DNA of 63,954 nucleotides, counting the filler, from Octopus bimaculoides (Eukaryota): assembly GCF_001194135.2 (NCBI RefSeq). It is 5 parts of 5 records of this genome, joined end to end, with 100 filler letters (N's around TTAATTAATTAA, not from the genome) between each part and the next. Parts side by side here need not be neighbours in the genome. Positions count along the whole stretch, not along the records: positions 60,749 to 62,228 come from NW_026339992.1; positions 62,329 to 63,954 come from NW_026327075.1; 3 more parts are not named here. One strand, 5' to 3'. A model generated the notes under the pieces. That model was not told where the DNA came from, searched no databases, and was given only the letters and a program-made list of their open reading frames with translations. Shown here piece by piece: positions 60,831 to 63,954 of the stretch. Numbering within the stretch: position 1 is the first letter of the stretch; every line of letters starts with the position of its first letter. A program made the translations under genes and the position numbers.

Positions 60831-62176
60831 ATGTACATTTCGATAGATTGGTTTAATTGTATTAATGATAAGGATAATGTCAAATTTATACAATTTGATA
60901 TAGCTAATTTCTATCCCTCTATTAATCCTTCTGTTCTTAATAAGGCGTTGTGGCTTATATACAATAAAGCTGGGCTTTCTAGAGAAGAGATTAATGTTGT
61001 TCTAGCTGCTAGGAAAGCCTTTATTAAATTTAATAACAAGATTTGGATTAGAAAGGGTACACCTGATGTGTTTGATGTACCTATGGGTAGTTCCAAATTC
61101 AGCCCAGGTTGCTGATGTGGTTTGTTCTTTTATACTTTATGAAATGGCTGATCAATTCTCAAATATTAGAGGGGGTCTATATAGGGATGATTGTCTCCTA
61201 TTTCTCAGAAATAGTTCGAAACAACAGGTACAAATAGTAAAAAATAGATTAGCTAGATTTTTTCGTAGAATGGAAATGAATATTATTTTTGAGGATAATA
61301 CATCTGTAGCTAATTTTTTAGATGTTACACTTGAACTACACAATAAATCTTATAGGCCGTATCAAGCACTGATAATGGTAAACTTAAGTTTTTTATGGAT
61401 AAAACAAGATAGTTTATGGTTCGTCGTTCCATATGGGAAACAAATTAAATCAAATTTAGCTAGTTTATTTAGGAATGTAGTTATTAAATATTTTCCTAAA
61501 AACTCACATTACTATAAAGTCATTAACGCGCATAAGGTAAGGTTCGGTTTCTCTAATACCAAAAATTTAACCCAAATTATCGCCGCTCATAACTTTAAAC
61601 TTTTATCCCCTAATTCTAGTCATGATTCTATTGACATAAATATAGAGAGCAATAATAAAAATACTAGAGACACTGTTAAAGATAATTTTCAAGATAAAAA
61701 GGATATTGATAATACCATTAACTATTGTAGCAAATTAATACAAATTAATAGAAATTTCTGAAGATAATCCTAATAGAATTAGATTCCTTAGTGCAAATGC
61801 TAAAACTAAGAACATTGTATATAGGTGTAATGTTATAACGGATAAGAAGATTTGGAGTTATATTGGCGCTTCGTCACTTGAAGTCTCGAGAAGAATTTCA
61901 AATCATTACTCAACATTTAGGGATAGAAATAAACAAAATAGTACGGCGCTCAGTAGTTTAATTTGGAAATTGAAAGATGAGAATAGATATTACTCTCTTG
62001 AATGGTTGCTAATAGGTAAGTCGGTTCCGTACGACAAAGGGAGAGATAGCTGTTCTTCATGTAACTTGGAGTTATTTTTCATACTTTTTTCCAAGGATCA
62101 CTTAATTAATAAAATTACATTTAAAGCTTACAGATGTCTGCATATGTATAGACATACGTTTGCATTCTATGAATAG
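60831..62176 (+). mobile_element. Penelope-like element (RT C-terminal half plus GIY-YIG endonuclease), disrupted
   Basis: FIQFDIANFYPSI, FDVPMGS, GGLYRDDCL, ANFLDVTL (PLE RT); NIVYRCNV...WSYIGAS...RISNHYSTF...TALSSLIWKLK...CSSCNLE (GIY-YIG). Confidence 0.92.
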
Positions 62177-63049
62177 GAAATATTTATATATTTTACTGGA
62201 ATTAGGTCTGTTGCATAACTATAAGAGTNNNNNNNNNNNNNNNNNNNNNNNNNNNNNNNNNNNNNNNNNNNNTTAATTAATTAANNNNNNNNNNNNNNNN
62301 NNNNNNNNNNNNNNNNNNNNNNNNNNNNATATATATATATATATATATATATGAGCTAATGAGCGAGTCCTCTCTATAGTAGCTAGACCTGGTAGAAATA
62401 GCAGCCAATTCTCCCTCAAATCACACCCTATGTATACGTGTACGTATGTCTATGTATGTATGTGTGTGTATATATATGTATGTATGTCGTTATTCAGTTT
62501 TGTTTGAAGATTTCTTGCCAATAGAGAAAGAGCCGGTTTCTAACCTAGATCCAAGATTCTTTCATTGGAATTTCAGCATCAACAACAGGGTATTTTTGTA
62601 TGTATGTACATGTGCAGATTTGTACGTTTTGTTTTATGTGTGTATTCTCATGCATATAGCTACATATCTAGACATGCTCATATATATTTAAATGATAAAC
62701 TTCTGGAAAGTTTTACAGATTTTTACAGTTCCAGTTATGGATTGGATCCGTTTGTATGTATGCATGTATGAACCTATGAAGGAGGCTTCTACATGGGAGC
62801 TAGACATGATTGAAACAATAGCCTAATCCCCCTCGTTCACACTTTATTGTCTTATGTATATATGTCTTTCAAAGGAAGCCCTACTGAATTATATCCCCTT
62901 AATTCACTCTCCACTTTCCATTTTCATACCTTTTAAGAACTGTAAAATAGACATCAGCCTAAAATAAGTTTTAGAATTGATTGAAATCAAAAGAATAGAT
63001 AACAAAAACACAAAAAGAAGAACAAAACCTAAAATTACAATCCAAAAAC

Positions 63050-63480
63050 GAATTATATGGATGAAAAATAGTGACGAAAATATGCTCGTTCGCTTCAGCT
63101 ATGAATCACTGCTGCCATTTTGGTAGCATACGCGACCGTTCATCGCTACCATAACCACCGTAGACTACATCACACCAGACCATCGTTCATCATGCAATCA
63201 CATCTTACACACAAGATATCAGAGAAAGCTCACATCACATCACTAAATAATAACAGAAGATAAATCAAGAATAAAAATCCCCCATTATACTATGATCGCC
63301 ATGCCGAAATTCTTAGCTGCAAAAACCGTTTGTCGAAACAAACAGAACCTATATTGTTAGAACGCTAGAATGCGACAGCTATTTGTCATAATCGTATTAG
63401 TGATAAAAACGACGAAGAATCTGGAAGGATTGCTTTTAAAATGGCGACCGAGTGAGTGTTTGGCGCTGTCGTCTGCTTTC
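63050..63480. promoter_or_regulatory. Probable bidirectional promoter
   Basis: Local CpG enrichment relative to the window. Two outward-facing YY1-type AAAATGGC motifs: minus at 63114-63122 and plus at 63438-63446. Confidence 0.55.
63441..63451 (+). CDS. Putative first coding mini-exon (ATG GCG ACC GA) of an unidentified divergent gene running off the right edge
   Basis: AAAATGGCG start context followed immediately by a GTGAGT donor (63452-63457) in a CpG-enriched patch. Confidence 0.5.
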
Positions 63481-63922
63481 AGTCATTTTCAGCTAATCTC
63501 TTCAATAGATCGACGTGATCCAGTCCAGACGAAGCGGCTAATCTTAATGGTTTAATACCAATCGCTCTCTTTCACTCTTTCTCCCAACCGATATGTGTGT
63601 GTGTATGTGTCTTTTGCGGGTATACGTGTACTTATACACTCCTCTCTCTCTCTCTCTGTATATATGTGTGTGCATGTGTGTATATATATATATATGATTC
63701 ACAATGCATATTGCTCTCTCTTTCTCCCTCTCTCTCATTCTTTCTCGAACACATTTTTTTTATTTCATTCTCCATTACAATCTGACTGTCTATCGATCAC
63801 CCTATCTACTGACCTATCCATCTTTCAGTCCGTCTGTCTGTTTTTGTGTACCTACCTAAATATGTCTGTTTATCTAACAGATTGTCTATCAAACCCCCCC
63901 CACACACACACACACACACGTA

Positions 63923-63954
<32 letters not shown>

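Noticed and set aside
1-63954. CRISPR arrays, rRNA genes or prokaryotic operons
   Set aside because: None seen; the repeats are eukaryotic SINEs and microsatellites, with no constant-repeat/unique-spacer periodicity.

Overview
AT-rich, repeat-dense animal genomic DNA, most likely an Octopus-type cephalopod. This is inferred from the SINE families, microsatellite load and C2H2 zinc-finger remnant. Two intron-rich host genes lie head-to-tail on the minus strand; both were rebuilt by hand from splice signals and reading-frame phase. (1) An STXBP4/Synip-like gene with 10 visible exons at 54965->29279, covering the EF-hand-like region and coiled coil; its PDZ and WW exons are not visible. (2) A class I NF-kB (p105/p100/Relish-type) gene with 6 visible exons at 25037->3273, covering the IPT/dimerisation half of the Rel homology domain, an NLS-like motif, an acidic linker and the lead-in to the ankyrin repeats; it continues off the left edge. 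A CpG-richer, probably bidirectional promoter at about 63050-63480 appears to start a third gene on the plus strand. The introns hold two TIR-bounded mariner copies, Tigger and Tc1 remnants, a truncated Gypsy LTR element with a -1 frameshift signal, a solo LTR, Penelope-like elements, RTE and R4/Dong LINE fragments, TTAA MITEs, many tRNA-derived SINEs and at least three minimal hammerhead-ribozyme motifs. Most six-frame ORFs supplied are spurious (gaps, microsatellites, SINEs). The most interesting leads are the hammerhead-bearing mini-elements, the in-phase STXBP4/NF-kB adjacency across a scaffold gap, and a glycine-poor NF-kB linker with a DETD caspase-type site.
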